A stretch of DNA of 64,000 nt from an uncultured Candidatus Saccharibacteria bacterium (GCA_964643955.1 CAZXUO010000005.1:95-64094); one strand, 5' to 3'. Shown: positions 18,390-28,081, counted from the stretch's first letter. The notes: generated by a model not told the origin, from the letters alone. Made by a program: numbers and translations.

Positions 18390-19460
18390 TTAGTAGTTGA
18401 AGTCGGTTACGTCTTCAATGTCATCCTCATCTTCGTTGTATTTGTCAGCGAGGTACTCGATAACCTCATCCTCATCTTCGTCTACGTTGTTGAGGGTGAA
18501 ACTGTCAGTATCACCATCTTCAAATTCAACATCGATATAGGCATCGTCACCACTGAATTCTACTTCAATAGATTCGATATCGTCATTTCCATCTTCGAAT
18601 TCGATCACATCTTCAACCTCGTCCTCATCGATATTGTACTCGTCGGCGAGGTACTCAATTACCTCGTCTTCATCTTCATCGACGTTTGAGATCGTGAGTG
18701 TGTCTTCGTCACCGTCTTCAAATTCTACGGTTACGTCTGCATCATCTCCGTCCCACTCAACCTCGATTGACTCGATGTCAGCGTCGTTATTGCTGTTGTT
18801 TCCATCTTCGAAGTCGATAACATCTTCAATGTCATCCTCATCTTCGTTGTAGCGGTCAGCAATCTCCTCAATGACATCATCCTCATCTTCGTCAACATTG
18901 CGAAGCGTGAAGCGATCTTCGTCACCGTCTTCAAATTCTACGGTTACGTCAGCATCATCTCCGTCCCACTCTACTTCAATAGAGTCGATATCTTCATCGT
19001 CATCATTCCAGTCGTCATCGTTGATGATGCGCTCGAGTGTAGGGACTGATACCTTGAGGACCGGTGAGAGGAGCTCGGCAACGCGACGGATAGTCTGTGC
19101 CTCTACTGCGTAGAGCTCAGTGTCGTCGTTGTCGAATTCAACACGGACCTGTGCCATGCGACCATCGAAGTCAACTTCAATAGAGTCGATGTCGTCAGCA
19201 TTGTCATCGTAAAAAGCGGGGTAGCCGGTACATGCGTACTGGTAGCCGTAGCCGGTGCAGTTACCGTAGGCTGGAGTAACACCGCGAGACGCGAGGATCT
19301 GTTGGAGCAACTGTACCTGGGCAATGAGCGCCTGGAGCTGTGCTTGGATGTTTGCGTTGTTGTACGCAACGGTCGTTGCAGCCTGCGCCTGTGCAGACGG
19401 AGCGAGCACGAGTGCTGCTACCGCAAAGGAAAGGGCTGCTGTTTTAAGGAATTTCATCAT
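18390..19460 (-). CDS. Secreted, extremely acidic tandem-repeat protein (356 aa; four repeats of about 65 aa, rich in D/E)
   Basis: A Sec signal peptide (MMKFLKTAALSFAVAALVLAPSAQA) is followed by a Q/A-rich helix and a Cys-containing segment. Four repeats then follow the pattern DIESIEVEWDGDDADVTVEFEDGDEDTLTISNVDEDEDEVIEYLADEYN. Confidence 0.7.
   Translation of the reverse strand: MMKFLKTAALSFAVAALVLAPSAQAQAATTVAYNNANIQAQLQALIAQVQLLQQILASRGVTPAYGNCTGYGYQYACTGYPAFYDDNADDIDSIEVDFDGRMAQVRVEFDNDDTELYAVEAQTIRRVAELLSPVLKVSVPTLERIINDDDWNDDDEDIDSIEVEWDGDDADVTVEFEDGDEDRFTLRNVDEDEDDVIEEIADRYNEDEDDIEDVIDFEDGNNSNNDADIESIEVEWDGDDADVTVEFEDGDEDTLTISNVDEDEDEVIEYLADEYNIDEDEVEDVIEFEDGNDDIESIEVEFSGDDAYIDVEFEDGDTDSFTLNNVDEDEDEVIEYLADKYNEDEDDIEDVTDFNY
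18400..19060 (-). repeat. Intragenic tandem DNA repeats (about 200-bp period, four copies) encoding the acidic repeats
   Basis: Recurrent strings such as gtcatcctcatcttcgttgta and tcttcaaattctacggttacgtc recur at about 200-bp intervals. Confidence 0.6.
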
Positions 19461-19638
19461 AAAGCGTTATTGATATCGTTCTTAACCGATTAGTAATGGT
19501 CCGAACTGGCCACATAATGCATATTTTTTGCCCATTTGGCAAGGCGCTTGCCTCCGGGCAGGCCGCATTGCCTTTTTAAGAGCACTCGCTATAGTGTGCC
19601 GAGTATGTGGTGAAGTTCTCGTGAGCGAGGAGGCTCCA

Positions 19639-19779
19639 ATGTGGAAGAAGATGAAACCGCCGCTTTTCTGGATGTTTATAGGAGTGGTTCTCCTTAAGGT
19701 ATTAGAGCCCAATCTGCCCAATATCTTTGGGCCGGGACCGTGCAGTTCTGCTGCAGTGAGCATGCGAAAGGCTGGATGA
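19639..19779 (+). CDS. Small hydrophobic peptide (46 aa)
   Basis: A strong Shine-Dalgarno sequence (GAGGAGG) sits 6 nt before the ATG. One TM segment (LFWMFIGVVLLKVL) is present and a terminator follows. Confidence 0.4.
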   Translation: MWKKMKPPLFWMFIGVVLLKVLEPNLPNIFGPGPCSSAAVSMRKAG

Positions 19780-19786
19780 GGGGAGG

Positions 19787-19826
19787 GGTGGCACGAAAAG
19801 GCCGGCGCGAGCGAAGCTCGCGCCGG
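19787..19826 (+). terminator. Intrinsic terminator
   Basis: The hairpin aaaaggccggcgcgagc-gaa-gctcgcgccggcc is followed by ttctgt. Confidence 0.65.
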
Positions 19827-19866
19827 CCTTCTGTATATCTCCCATTCCATTTTTTCTTGACGTGCC

Positions 19867-19895
19867 CTAGGGGGTACGCTACTATTTGGGACATC
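19867..19895 (+). promoter_or_regulatory. Putative sigma70 promoter for tuf (TTGACG-17-TACTAT) with a roughly 190-nt leader
   Basis: The hexamers and spacing were read from the sequence. Confidence 0.5.
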
Positions 19896-20078
19896 GCAAA
19901 CGCGCTTTTTGTGTGTGGTTGGGAAGACTCCCATTCTGCGTACCAAAAAGCGCTCGGAGGTATGGAGTGGTAGGTGGCGAGGCACTGTTCTCGCGCCTTC
20001 GCTACTCATCGCTCATTCCTTCGGGCGCCTTGGGCCACGAGAGACGGATGCGTTTTATTACTTTTACAACATAACACT

Positions 20079-21272
20079 ATGGCAGGAACATTCGACCGAT
20101 CAAAGCCACACATCAACGTCGGTACCATTGGTCACGTTGACCACGGTAAGACTACGTTGACCGCTGCGATCTTGAGCGTACTCCACTCACGCGGTGATGG
20201 ATATGCTGCAAACATGAAGGCCGTTGATGAAATTGACAAGGCGCCTGAGGAAAAGGCCCGCGGTATTACTATTTCGCTCTCGCACTCTGAGTACGAGACG
20301 CCAAATCGTCACTACGCACACATCGACGCTCCAGGACACGCTGACTACATCAAGAACATGATTACCGGTGCTGCCCAGATGGACGGCGCAGTACTCGTGG
20401 TAGCAGCTACTGACGGCGCGATGCCACAGACACGTGAGCACGTACTCCTTGCAAAGCAGGTGGGTGTGCCAAAGATCATTGTCTTCCTCAACAAGACCGA
20501 CATGGTTGATGACGAGGAAATGGTAATGCTCGTTGAAGAAGAGCTCCGCGAGCTCCTCGACAAGCACGGTTTCGATGGAAAGAACGCACCTATTATCAAG
20601 GGTTCAGGTCTCAAGGCTCTCGAAGAGCCAACAGGTGACTGGGGTAAGAAGGTCCTCGAGCTCGTTGATGCGATGGACGCATACTTCCCAATGCCACAGC
20701 GTGAACTCGACAAGCCGTTCCTTATGCCAGTTGAGGACATCTTCTCAATTGAAGGACGCGGTACGGTAGTAACGGGTCGCGTAGAGCGCGGTTCGGTAAA
20801 GGTGGGTGAGGAAATCGAGATCGTCGGTATCAAGGACACAACAAAGACGACAGTTACTGGTGTTGAAATGTTCAACAAGCAGCTTGATGCTGCACAGGCC
20901 GGCGATAACGCAGGCGTACTTCTCCGAGGTGTTGCCAAGGATGACGTACACCGCGGTCAGGTGCTTGCGGCAAAGGGTTCAGTAACTCCACATACAGAAT
21001 TCGAGGCGGAAGTGTACGTCCTCTCAAAGGACGAAGGAGGCCGCCACACACCATTCTTCTCTGGTTACAAGCCACAGTTCTACATCCGCACAACGGACGT
21101 AACGGGCGACGTAACACTTGCAGAGGGAACGGAGATGGTTATGCCAGGAGACACCGTTACTTTCAAGGTAAAACTCGTTGCGCCGGTTGCTCTTGAAGAG
21201 CAGACTCGCTTCGCTATTCGCGAAGGAGGAAAGACGGTTGGTGCCGGCGTGGTAACCAAGATTGTTGCATAA
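20079..21272 (+). CDS. tuf: Elongation factor Tu
   Basis: The N-terminus [16 protein letters not shown] and full-length EF-Tu similarity identify it. Confidence 0.97.
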   Translation: MAGTFDRSKPHINVGTIGHVDHGKTTLTAAILSVLHSRGDGYAANMKAVDEIDKAPEEKARGITISLSHSEYETPNRHYAHIDAPGHADYIKNMITGAAQMDGAVLVVAATDGAMPQTREHVLLAKQVGVPKIIVFLNKTDMVDDEEMVMLVEEELRELLDKHGFDGKNAPIIKGSGLKALEEPTGDWGKKVLELVDAMDAYFPMPQRELDKPFLMPVEDIFSIEGRGTVVTGRVERGSVKVGEEIEIVGIKDTTKTTVTGVEMFNKQLDAAQAGDNAGVLLRGVAKDDVHRGQVLAAKGSVTPHTEFEAEVYVLSKDEGGRHTPFFSGYKPQFYIRTTDVTGDVTLAEGTEMVMPGDTVTFKVKLVAPVALEEQTRFAIREGGKTVGAGVVTKIVA

Positions 21273-21326
21273 TCGAGGAAAGTGCGCTTATATAGGGCGC
21301 ATACCACCCGTACTTACACATGTACC

Positions 21327-21728
21327 ATGACAACTAAAGCTGCAGAAAAAACTGAAGGAAAGAAGACCGTGAAAAAGCGTGCACCACGTGCGGCTAAGAA
21401 AACGGATGCTGCTTCGGGAGATATCCAGAAGCTCCGCATTCGTGTTCGCGCCTACGAGCACAAGATTCTTGATGCTTCGGTGAAGCAGATCATGGACACC
21501 GCACTTCGCTTCGATGCGAAGGTGGTTGGCCCCATCCCACTTCCAACGGAGATCAAGAAGTACACGGTCAACCGAGCCTCATTCGTGTACAAGGATGCGC
21601 GAGAACAATTCGAGATGCGCGTACACAAGCGAGTGATCGACATCCTCAACCCACCTCCCAAGGTGATCGAGGCATTGACCAACCTCTCACTTCCTTCAGG
21701 CGTCAACATTGATGTGAAGATGATGTAA
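21327..21728 (+). CDS. rpsJ: 30S ribosomal protein S10 (with Lys-rich N-terminal extension)
   Basis: The core matches S10 (RIRVRAYEHKILD...). The ATG was chosen in frame after the upstream stop. Confidence 0.9.
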   Translation: MTTKAAEKTEGKKTVKKRAPRAAKKTDAASGDIQKLRIRVRAYEHKILDASVKQIMDTALRFDAKVVGPIPLPTEIKKYTVNRASFVYKDAREQFEMRVHKRVIDILNPPPKVIEALTNLSLPSGVNIDVKMM

Positions 21729-21756
21729 GGACACAGCTCTAGTTTCTGACACAAAT

Positions 21757-21794
21757 ACAAAACCCCGCGGCCTCCGGCCGCGGGGTTTTGTATT
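21757..21794 (+). terminator. Intrinsic terminator after rpsJ
   Basis: The hairpin aaaaccccgcggcc-tcc-ggccgcgggg is followed by ttttgtatttg. Confidence 0.8.
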
Positions 21795-21882
21795 TGTTGC
21801 AATCTTTTTGAACATCTGTATAATGCCGTGAGCTTTGAGAAGACCTACGTACCTCTGCTTCGGCGGGGAGACCAATGGGCAG

Positions 21883-21920
21883 AAACCGCGACTGCGGGCT
21901 TTTGCCCGCAGTCGCGGTTT
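21883..21920 (+). promoter_or_regulatory. Perfect 17-bp stem, UUUU loop hairpin in the rplC leader (candidate autoregulatory or attenuator element)
   Basis: The stem reads aaaccgcgactgcgggc-tttt-gcccgcagtcgcggttt and is not followed by a U tract. Confidence 0.45.
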
Positions 21921-21948
21921 CGTATAGTCCCTCAAGCAACTCAAAACC

Positions 21949-22572
21949 ATGAAGTATATCCTTGGAACAAAAGAGCGCATGACCCAAGTCTTTGACGAGG
22001 CTGGTATTGCGTACCCAGCTACTATTCTCCGTGTAGAGCCGGGCATCATTTCACAGGTGAAGACTGCTGAGAAGGACGGCTATACTGCGGTACAGCTCGC
22101 GCTCGGTACTAAGAAGGCTTCACACATGAACAAGGCGCAGATGGGTCACCTCGGCGGCGCATACGCGATCGTGAAGGAGTTCCGTCCTAAGAAGAAGGGT
22201 GAGACCATCGATGGTCTCGAAAAGGGAACTACGATCGACGCGAGCCTCTTTGCGGTTGGCGATGTGGTAGAAGTATCTGCGCTCTCAAAGGGTAAAGGTT
22301 TCCAGGGTGTAGTGAAGCGCCATGGATTTGCCGGTGATAAGGCATCGCACGGCCGCAAGCACTCAGCACGCGCACCGGGCTCTATCGGCGGCGGAGGTCG
22401 CGCCGGTGGTCGTGTGATCAAGGGTATGCGCATGGCCGGCCGTATGGGCGGTGAGCGCATCACCGTGAAGAACCTCAAGGTTCTTGCCGTAAATCCTACT
22501 GAGAACATCCTCCTCATCGGAGGCGCTGTTCCGGGTCGAACAGGTACCGTGGTCGAAGTCCGTGGCTCATAA
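21949..22572 (+). CDS. rplC: 50S ribosomal protein L3
   Basis: Similar to L3 over 207 aa. Confidence 0.95.
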   Translation: MKYILGTKERMTQVFDEAGIAYPATILRVEPGIISQVKTAEKDGYTAVQLALGTKKASHMNKAQMGHLGGAYAIVKEFRPKKKGETIDGLEKGTTIDASLFAVGDVVEVSALSKGKGFQGVVKRHGFAGDKASHGRKHSARAPGSIGGGGRAGGRVIKGMRMAGRMGGERITVKNLKVLAVNPTENILLIGGAVPGRTGTVVEVRGS

Positions 22573-22582
22573 TTTTCATACT

Positions 22583-23347
22583 ATGCAAGCACCGATTTAC
22601 AACATGCAAGGAAAAGACGCCGGAAAGGTGGAGCTTCCTGATGCAATCTTCAATCAGCCATGGAATGCTGACCTCGTGTACGATGTCGTACAGGTAATGC
22701 GCGGCAATGCGCGTGCGGGTACTGCACACACCAAGAATCGCGGCGAAGTACGCGGTGGTGGTAAGAAGCCATGGAAGCAGAAGGGTACGGGCCGCGCTCG
22801 TCACGGTTCACGTCGCTCACCAATCTGGAAGGGCGGAGGCGTCGCCTTCGGACCACGCGCTGAGAAAGACTACTCACGCAAGCTCAACCGCAACATACGC
22901 GCAAAGGCGCTCGCGGTAGTACTCTCGCAGAAGCTCCGTGATGGTGAGGTTATTTTCCTCGACACACTTGCATTCCCTGAACCAAAGGCAAAGCAGGCAA
23001 AGGATGCCCTCATCGCACTCTCAGGTATCAAGGGTATGGAGACGCTCGCAACAAAGCGCGCAAACGCAGCACTCCTCGTGATCCCGGGCCGCAACGAATC
23101 TACTGAAAAGAGCTTCCGAAACTTCGGCAACGTAGTACTCGGTCAGGCAAAGGACATCAACCCAGTTGAGATTCTTTCACACAAGTACGTGATTGTTGCG
23201 GATGCTGAAGCAGTGATCGATGTGCTTGCAACACGCGTTGCAACACGCGCTCAGAAGAAGACCGCAGGTGCTGCATCAGCAGTGTCAGAGAAGAAGCCTA
23301 AAGCTTCTCCAAAGAAGCCGGCTGCAAAGAAAACCGCTAAAGCATAA
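22583..23347 (+). CDS. rplD: 50S ribosomal protein L4 (with Lys/Ala-rich C-terminal tail)
   Basis: Similar to L4. The ATG was chosen after the rplC stop. Confidence 0.9.
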   Translation: MQAPIYNMQGKDAGKVELPDAIFNQPWNADLVYDVVQVMRGNARAGTAHTKNRGEVRGGGKKPWKQKGTGRARHGSRRSPIWKGGGVAFGPRAEKDYSRKLNRNIRAKALAVVLSQKLRDGEVIFLDTLAFPEPKAKQAKDALIALSGIKGMETLATKRANAALLVIPGRNESTEKSFRNFGNVVLGQAKDINPVEILSHKYVIVADAEAVIDVLATRVATRAQKKTAGAASAVSEKKPKASPKKPAAKKTAKA

Positions 23348-23355
23348 ACAATCGT

Positions 23356-23703
23356 ATGGCACTCTTCGGACGAAAAACAGAAAAAAAGAAAGCAGTAGGC
23401 GATGTAAAGCTCTCTGCAGCACGCGACCTCTCTTCAGTGTTGATGCGCCCACGCATCACCGAGAAGGCAGCAAACTTGAGCGATCAAAACGTCTACGTGT
23501 TTGTGGTGCGTAATGATGCATCAAAGTTTGATGTGCGCGATGCAGTGAAGGCGCTTTTCAAAGTGACTCCGACGAAGATCCGCATCGTCAATCAGGCTGC
23601 ACGTACGACGCGCTCAGTATCGACGAACCGCCGCCGTACGGTGTCAGGTCTCAAGAAGGCGTACATTCACCTCAAGAAGGGTGACCGTATCGATCTCGTA
23701 TAA
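23356..23703 (+). CDS. rplW: 50S ribosomal protein L23
   Basis: Similar to L23 with an N-terminal extension. Confidence 0.9.
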   Translation: MALFGRKTEKKKAVGDVKLSAARDLSSVLMRPRITEKAANLSDQNVYVFVVRNDASKFDVRDAVKALFKVTPTKIRIVNQAARTTRSVSTNRRRTVSGLKKAYIHLKKGDRIDLV

Positions 23704-23712
23704 CATTTTTGT

Positions 23713-24573
23713 ATGAAAGCCTATAAACCAACATCAGCAGGACGTCGTGGCATGACCGTAGTGTCGTACCGAAAGGTGCTCACGACGACAAAGAATGCTC
23801 CCCGCAAGAACCTCACACGTGGTGGTCGTTCAACGGGTGGACGCAACAGTCAGGGTCGCACGACGACATGGTACCGCGGTGGAGGCGTCAAGCGCACATA
23901 CCGTGACGTTGATTTTACCTACAACAAGAAGGATATTCCTGCGCGTGTTGAAAGTATTGAATACGATCCATACCGATCAGGATTTATCGCACTCGTCCTC
24001 TACAAAGACGGTGAGCGTCGTTACATTCTTGCGCCGCAAAACTTTAAGGCAGGAGATGAGATGATTGTTTCAGAGACTGCGCGCGCAAAGGTGGGTAACC
24101 GCACCGTTCTCTCAAACATCCCTGTTGGTACATTTGTATACAATGTTGAGCTTAAGCCCGGAGCAGGTGCACGTCTCGCACGTTCTGCTGGTAGCTACGT
24201 CGAAGTCGTTGCGCACGACGGAGGTACGACACAGCTCAAGATGCCATCGAGCGAAATTCGTCGCGTACCGAGCGGAGCATGGGCGTCGATCGGACAGGTT
24301 TCAAATGATGAATATCGCCTCGTAAATCTCGGAAAGGCTGGACGCGCTCGCTACCGAGGTCTCCGTCCAAAGACTCGTGGTTCTGCGAAGAACGCAGTTG
24401 ACCACCCACACGGCGGAGGTGAAGGACGCAGCCCTCGTGGTCACCGACGCCAGCGCACGGCGCAGGGTCGCCCAACAGGAAAGGGACAGAAGACACGAAA
24501 GCCAAAGAAGTACTCAAACCGAAACATCGTATCTCGCCGCAAGCCCGGCAAGATTATGGGCGGAAAACGCTAA
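23713..24573 (+). CDS. rplB: 50S ribosomal protein L2
   Basis: Similar to L2 over 286 aa. Confidence 0.95.
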   Translation: MKAYKPTSAGRRGMTVVSYRKVLTTTKNAPRKNLTRGGRSTGGRNSQGRTTTWYRGGGVKRTYRDVDFTYNKKDIPARVESIEYDPYRSGFIALVLYKDGERRYILAPQNFKAGDEMIVSETARAKVGNRTVLSNIPVGTFVYNVELKPGAGARLARSAGSYVEVVAHDGGTTQLKMPSSEIRRVPSGAWASIGQVSNDEYRLVNLGKAGRARYRGLRPKTRGSAKNAVDHPHGGGEGRSPRGHRRQRTAQGRPTGKGQKTRKPKKYSNRNIVSRRKPGKIMGGKR

Positions 24574-24574
24574 A

Positions 24575-24608
24575 GAAAAAACCACTTGCATATGCAAGTG
24601 GTTTTTTC
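24575..24608 (+). terminator. Intrinsic terminator after rplB
   Basis: The hairpin aaaaaaccacttgcatatgcaagtgg is followed by ttttttc. Confidence 0.8.
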
Positions 24609-24858
24609 TTTAGCATGTGCCCTACGGCACATGCGATGCGTTTTCCGAGTCGGAGCGTTGTGAGGAGCTCTCTGAAAGAGCGACGAACCGCGAGACGTGG
24701 TCAAGGATACTTAGTGAAATATGCGCGAAGCGGATATTTCACTTAGTAATCCGTGACGCAAGCGATATCTATTTTGACAAGTGACTCGTGACGCAAGCGA
24801 AAACAAAAACCGCCCCGACAAAAGCCGAGGCGGCTTCTGGTCGGGGCGTGCCCCTCCT

Positions 24859-25320
24859 TCACACAGGGTGCTCAAAGAGCGGTGCTGAATGCGTTGCGGG
24901 AGCGGGACGCATGTAGTGCACTGGTGGTGCGGGCTCGGGCTTCGCGTAGGTTGTGAGTGCGACCACCCATGCTTCGTCGAGCATCACCCGATACAGCCTT
25001 TTCGAATCCTCGTACTGATGCTCGGAGATGTCGAAACCGAGCGCGAGGAGCTTTCCAGGGGAAAGGCCATAGGCGAGCGCCACGCTCTCGCGGGTGACGC
25101 GTCCATCCCATCGCGCGACCGATGGATTGATACAGAACGCGAGTGCGAGGTGGCACTCTGTATCGAGGTTGCACAGTGCGCGTATGTGAGCGTCACTGCC
25201 ATCAATGTGGAACATCCTTCGTTCCCAGTCGAGCGGTGCATGCTTGGCGAGGAATTCTACTCCGCGCGCGACACGTCTCTGCGCGAGCACCCATGGGTCC
25301 GTCGTCTCGAGTCTTGGCAT
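24859..25320 (-). CDS. Hypothetical protein (153 aa) inserted antisense between rplB and rpsS
   Basis: A strong Shine-Dalgarno sequence (GAGGAGGT) sits 5 nt before the ATG. No recognisable domain. Confidence 0.5.
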   Translation of the reverse strand: MPRLETTDPWVLAQRRVARGVEFLAKHAPLDWERRMFHIDGSDAHIRALCNLDTECHLALAFCINPSVARWDGRVTRESVALAYGLSPGKLLALGFDISEHQYEDSKRLYRVMLDEAWVVALTTYAKPEPAPPVHYMRPAPATHSAPLFEHPV

Positions 25321-25643
25321 TGAAACCTCCTCGTAATCCTGCTAGAGGGTATCACCTTACGCACTTTCTGACCATCGTGTGCTACCCTTGTAGGCATATG
25401 GAAGGACTTCGGGAGGGGGACATACACGGAAGCGAGCGACAACCCTCAATAAGCGAGGCCATGGCCACTATTCATGGAATTATGGCTGAAATAAGCCCTA
25501 CGGGAGCGGTTGACAGTGAGTGGTCGGACCTCTTGATACTCCTTAAAATGCTTGAAAATGGAAGGATTTTGCCTCGAGAAGCAGTCGAAAAAGCGCGTAG
25601 ACTCCAAGAGTCGCGCAATCTCGACCATTAGAGCCGTGAATTG

Positions 25644-25672
25644 TTGACACTGAGAGACAATTCGCGTACTAT
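25644..25672 (+). promoter_or_regulatory. Strong sigma70-type promoter for rpsS and the downstream ribosomal genes (TTGACA-17-TACTAT)
   Basis: Consensus hexamers with 17-bp spacing. A weak hairpin plus a run of six U follows in the leader. Confidence 0.55.
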
Positions 25673-25716
25673 GCTCGCACAAAGCTCGTTCGGGCTTTTT
25701 TATTTAGCACGCCCCT

Positions 25717-26043
25717 ATGGCACGATCACTCTATAAAGGTCCCTACGTCGATCCAAAGCTATTAGAAAAAATAGCTGATAAGAAACCCCAGAGCACGGGG
25801 ACTATTAAGACGTGGGCACGCTCATCACAGATCTCTCCGGAGATGGTGGGCTTCACGTTTGGCGTTCACAACGGCAAGACCCATATCGACGTGTTCGTGA
25901 CTGAAGAAATGGTGGGACATCGTCTTGGTGAATTTTCTCCAACCAAGAAGTTCCTCCGCCACGGAGGTAAGATGCAGAAGGAGCTCGAAACAAAGAAGAA
26001 GGAGTCTGAAATTGCAGCAGCTAAGGCCGCAAAAGCAGCATAG
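25717..26043 (+). CDS. rpsS: 30S ribosomal protein S19 (with Lys/Ala C-terminal tail)
   Basis: Similar to S19. Confidence 0.93.
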   Translation: MARSLYKGPYVDPKLLEKIADKKPQSTGTIKTWARSSQISPEMVGFTFGVHNGKTHIDVFVTEEMVGHRLGEFSPTKKFLRHGGKMQKELETKKKESEIAAAKAAKAA

Positions 26044-26058
26044 TAGTTTTGCCCTCGT

Positions 26059-26418
26059 ATGAAAGCCTTTCTCAAAAACTATCGTCAGTCACCGCGCAAG
26101 GTTCGCTTGCTCGCTGATCTTGTGCGTGGAAAGGATGTTGCGAAGGCAATCGCGATGCTTGATTTTGCAAACAAGCGCGCCGCTGATCCTTTTGGAAAAG
26201 TATTGAAATCAGCAATCGCAAATGCGAAGGCAGCAGGGAAAGAAGAGGGAACACTCTTCGTGAAGTCGGTTGCAGTTGATAAGGGTATTGTGCTCACGCG
26301 CTTCATGCCGCGCGCGCGAGGTTCTGCGTCTCCGATCAACCGTCGTTCAAGTCACATCACGATTGAGCTCGGTGAGCGTGCAGCAGGTGCGAAGAAAGTT
26401 TCAAAGAAAAAGGCGTAA
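26059..26418 (+). CDS. rplV: 50S ribosomal protein L22
   Basis: Similar to L22. Confidence 0.93.
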   Translation: MKAFLKNYRQSPRKVRLLADLVRGKDVAKAIAMLDFANKRAADPFGKVLKSAIANAKAAGKEEGTLFVKSVAVDKGIVLTRFMPRARGSASPINRRSSHITIELGERAAGAKKVSKKKA

Positions 26419-26436
26419 TATTATTTTCATACTCTT

Positions 26437-27129
26437 ATGACACACATCGTACATCCATACGCACAACGACTCGGTATTCTCCGCGACTGGAAGTCACGAT
26501 GGTTTTCTCCTGATCCAAAGAAGTATCGTGAGTACCTCCGTACTGATCAGAAGATTCGTGCATTCCTCGAGAAAAAGCTCCGCGGCATGTATGTTGCGGC
26601 AATCGACATCGAACGCGATGAGAAGGCAGTTCGCGTCGTTATTCGTACGTCACGCCCGGGTCTCATCATTGGACGCTCAGGAGAAGGTGCAGTAAAGCTC
26701 AAGAAGGAGATTGATCTTCTCGTGCGTACACTCAAGCTCTCTGAGAAGCCCGAGATCAAACTCGATGTTGAAGAAATTCGCGTACCAGAATCAAATGCGT
26801 CGATCGTCGGTCAGATGATCGTTGAAGGTCTTGAGAAGCGTATGCCATTCCGTCGCGTAATGAAGCAGACAATCGAGAAGGTGATTGCAAATCGCGATGT
26901 ACAGGGTGTTCGTGTGATCCTCTCAGGTCGCCTCGGTGGCGCAGAAATGGGACGCACCGAGGAGTTGAAGCGCGGACGTATTCCGCTTCAGACGCTTCGT
27001 GCAGACATTGATTTTGCACGCGAGAAGGCGATGCTTCCGTACGGCGTCATCGGCGTGAAGGTATGGATCTATCGTGGTGATGTCTTTGCAGAACGCAAGG
27101 CACACGCTGCTGAAACTGATGCGCGCTAA
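26437..27129 (+). CDS. rpsC: 30S ribosomal protein S3
   Basis: Similar to S3. Confidence 0.95.
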   Translation: MTHIVHPYAQRLGILRDWKSRWFSPDPKKYREYLRTDQKIRAFLEKKLRGMYVAAIDIERDEKAVRVVIRTSRPGLIIGRSGEGAVKLKKEIDLLVRTLKLSEKPEIKLDVEEIRVPESNASIVGQMIVEGLEKRMPFRRVMKQTIEKVIANRDVQGVRVILSGRLGGAEMGRTEELKRGRIPLQTLRADIDFAREKAMLPYGVIGVKVWIYRGDVFAERKAHAAETDAR

Positions 27130-27146
27130 TATCTATATTCTGGCTT

Positions 27147-27575
27147 ATGTTGTTTCCTAAAAAAGTAAAACATCGAAAGTGGCAGACTGGCCGCACAAAC
27201 CCAGCAAAGTACACGCCTGATACGCGCGGACTTGAGGTTTCCTTTGGTTCATACGGTCTCCGTGCAATGACGCAGGCGCGCGTGAAGTCAAACCAGATTG
27301 AGGCTGCACGCCGCGTAATCTCTCGAACACTCGGCAAGACCGGCCGCCTCTGGATCCGCATTTTCCCAGACCGTCCCGTTACCAAGAAGCCAGCTGAGGT
27401 GGGCATGGGTAAAGGTAAGGGAGATCCTGACCACTTTATCTTCGAGGTACTTCCGGGACGCATCCTCTTTGAGGTCGACGGCGTATCACGCGACGTTGCG
27501 CGCGAGGCATTCCGCAAGGCAACCGCAAAGCTTCCCGTAAAGAGCAAGTTTGCAGCCCGCGAGGGGAACGAGTAG
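27147..27575 (+). CDS. rplP: 50S ribosomal protein L16
   Basis: Similar to L16. Confidence 0.95.
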   Translation: MLFPKKVKHRKWQTGRTNPAKYTPDTRGLEVSFGSYGLRAMTQARVKSNQIEAARRVISRTLGKTGRLWIRIFPDRPVTKKPAEVGMGKGKGDPDHFIFEVLPGRILFEVDGVSRDVAREAFRKATAKLPVKSKFAAREGNE

Positions 27576-27622
27576 ACAAGAGCGACTACAATAGTGTATA
27601 AGTCTCTTGCAATCACACGCAT

Positions 27623-27805
27623 ATGAACATGAAAGATATCGCACAAAAGAAGGACGCAGAACTCGAAACGCTCCTCACGGAGAAGCGCGAGGAGATTCGT
27701 ACCTTTCGCTTTGGTACCGTCAACCGCGATGTCCGCGCCGTGCGTGAAAACAAGAAGACGGTCGCTCGTGTCCTCACTGAGATGAACAAGCGCAGCGCCG
27801 CATAG
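27623..27805 (+). CDS. rpmC: 50S ribosomal protein L29
   Basis: Similar to L29 over 60 aa. Confidence 0.85.
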   Translation: MNMKDIAQKKDAELETLLTEKREEIRTFRFGTVNRDVRAVRENKKTVARVLTEMNKRSAA

Positions 27806-27819
27806 TTTTTAATACCCCT

Positions 27820-28074
27820 ATGGAAACCAACCCAACAAACACAGCAGAAAACAAGGGCCGCTCATTTCGCGGAACGGTGGTTTCGACGAAGATGAAAGAT
27901 ACCGTAACGGTTGCGGTAGAGCGCTATGTGCAGCACCCAAAGTACAAGAAGTTCATCCGCCGCACCAAGAAGTTTTTGGCGCACAATCCGGGTAACACCG
28001 TGAAGGAAGGGGATGTGGTAACAATCCGCGAGGTGAAGCCCATCTCAAAGCGCAAGCATTTTGAAGTAGCATAA
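27820..28074 (+). CDS. rpsQ: 30S ribosomal protein S17
   Basis: Similar to S17. Confidence 0.9.
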   Translation: METNPTNTAENKGRSFRGTVVSTKMKDTVTVAVERYVQHPKYKKFIRRTKKFLAHNPGNTVKEGDVVTIREVKPISKRKHFEVA

Positions 28075-28081
28075 AACGCAT

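Noticed and set aside
20345-20938. 197-aa antisense ORF inside tuf
   Set aside because: Antisense to the highly conserved EF-Tu coding sequence. Its composition is Ser/Thr/Arg-rich, which is typical of a spurious frame.
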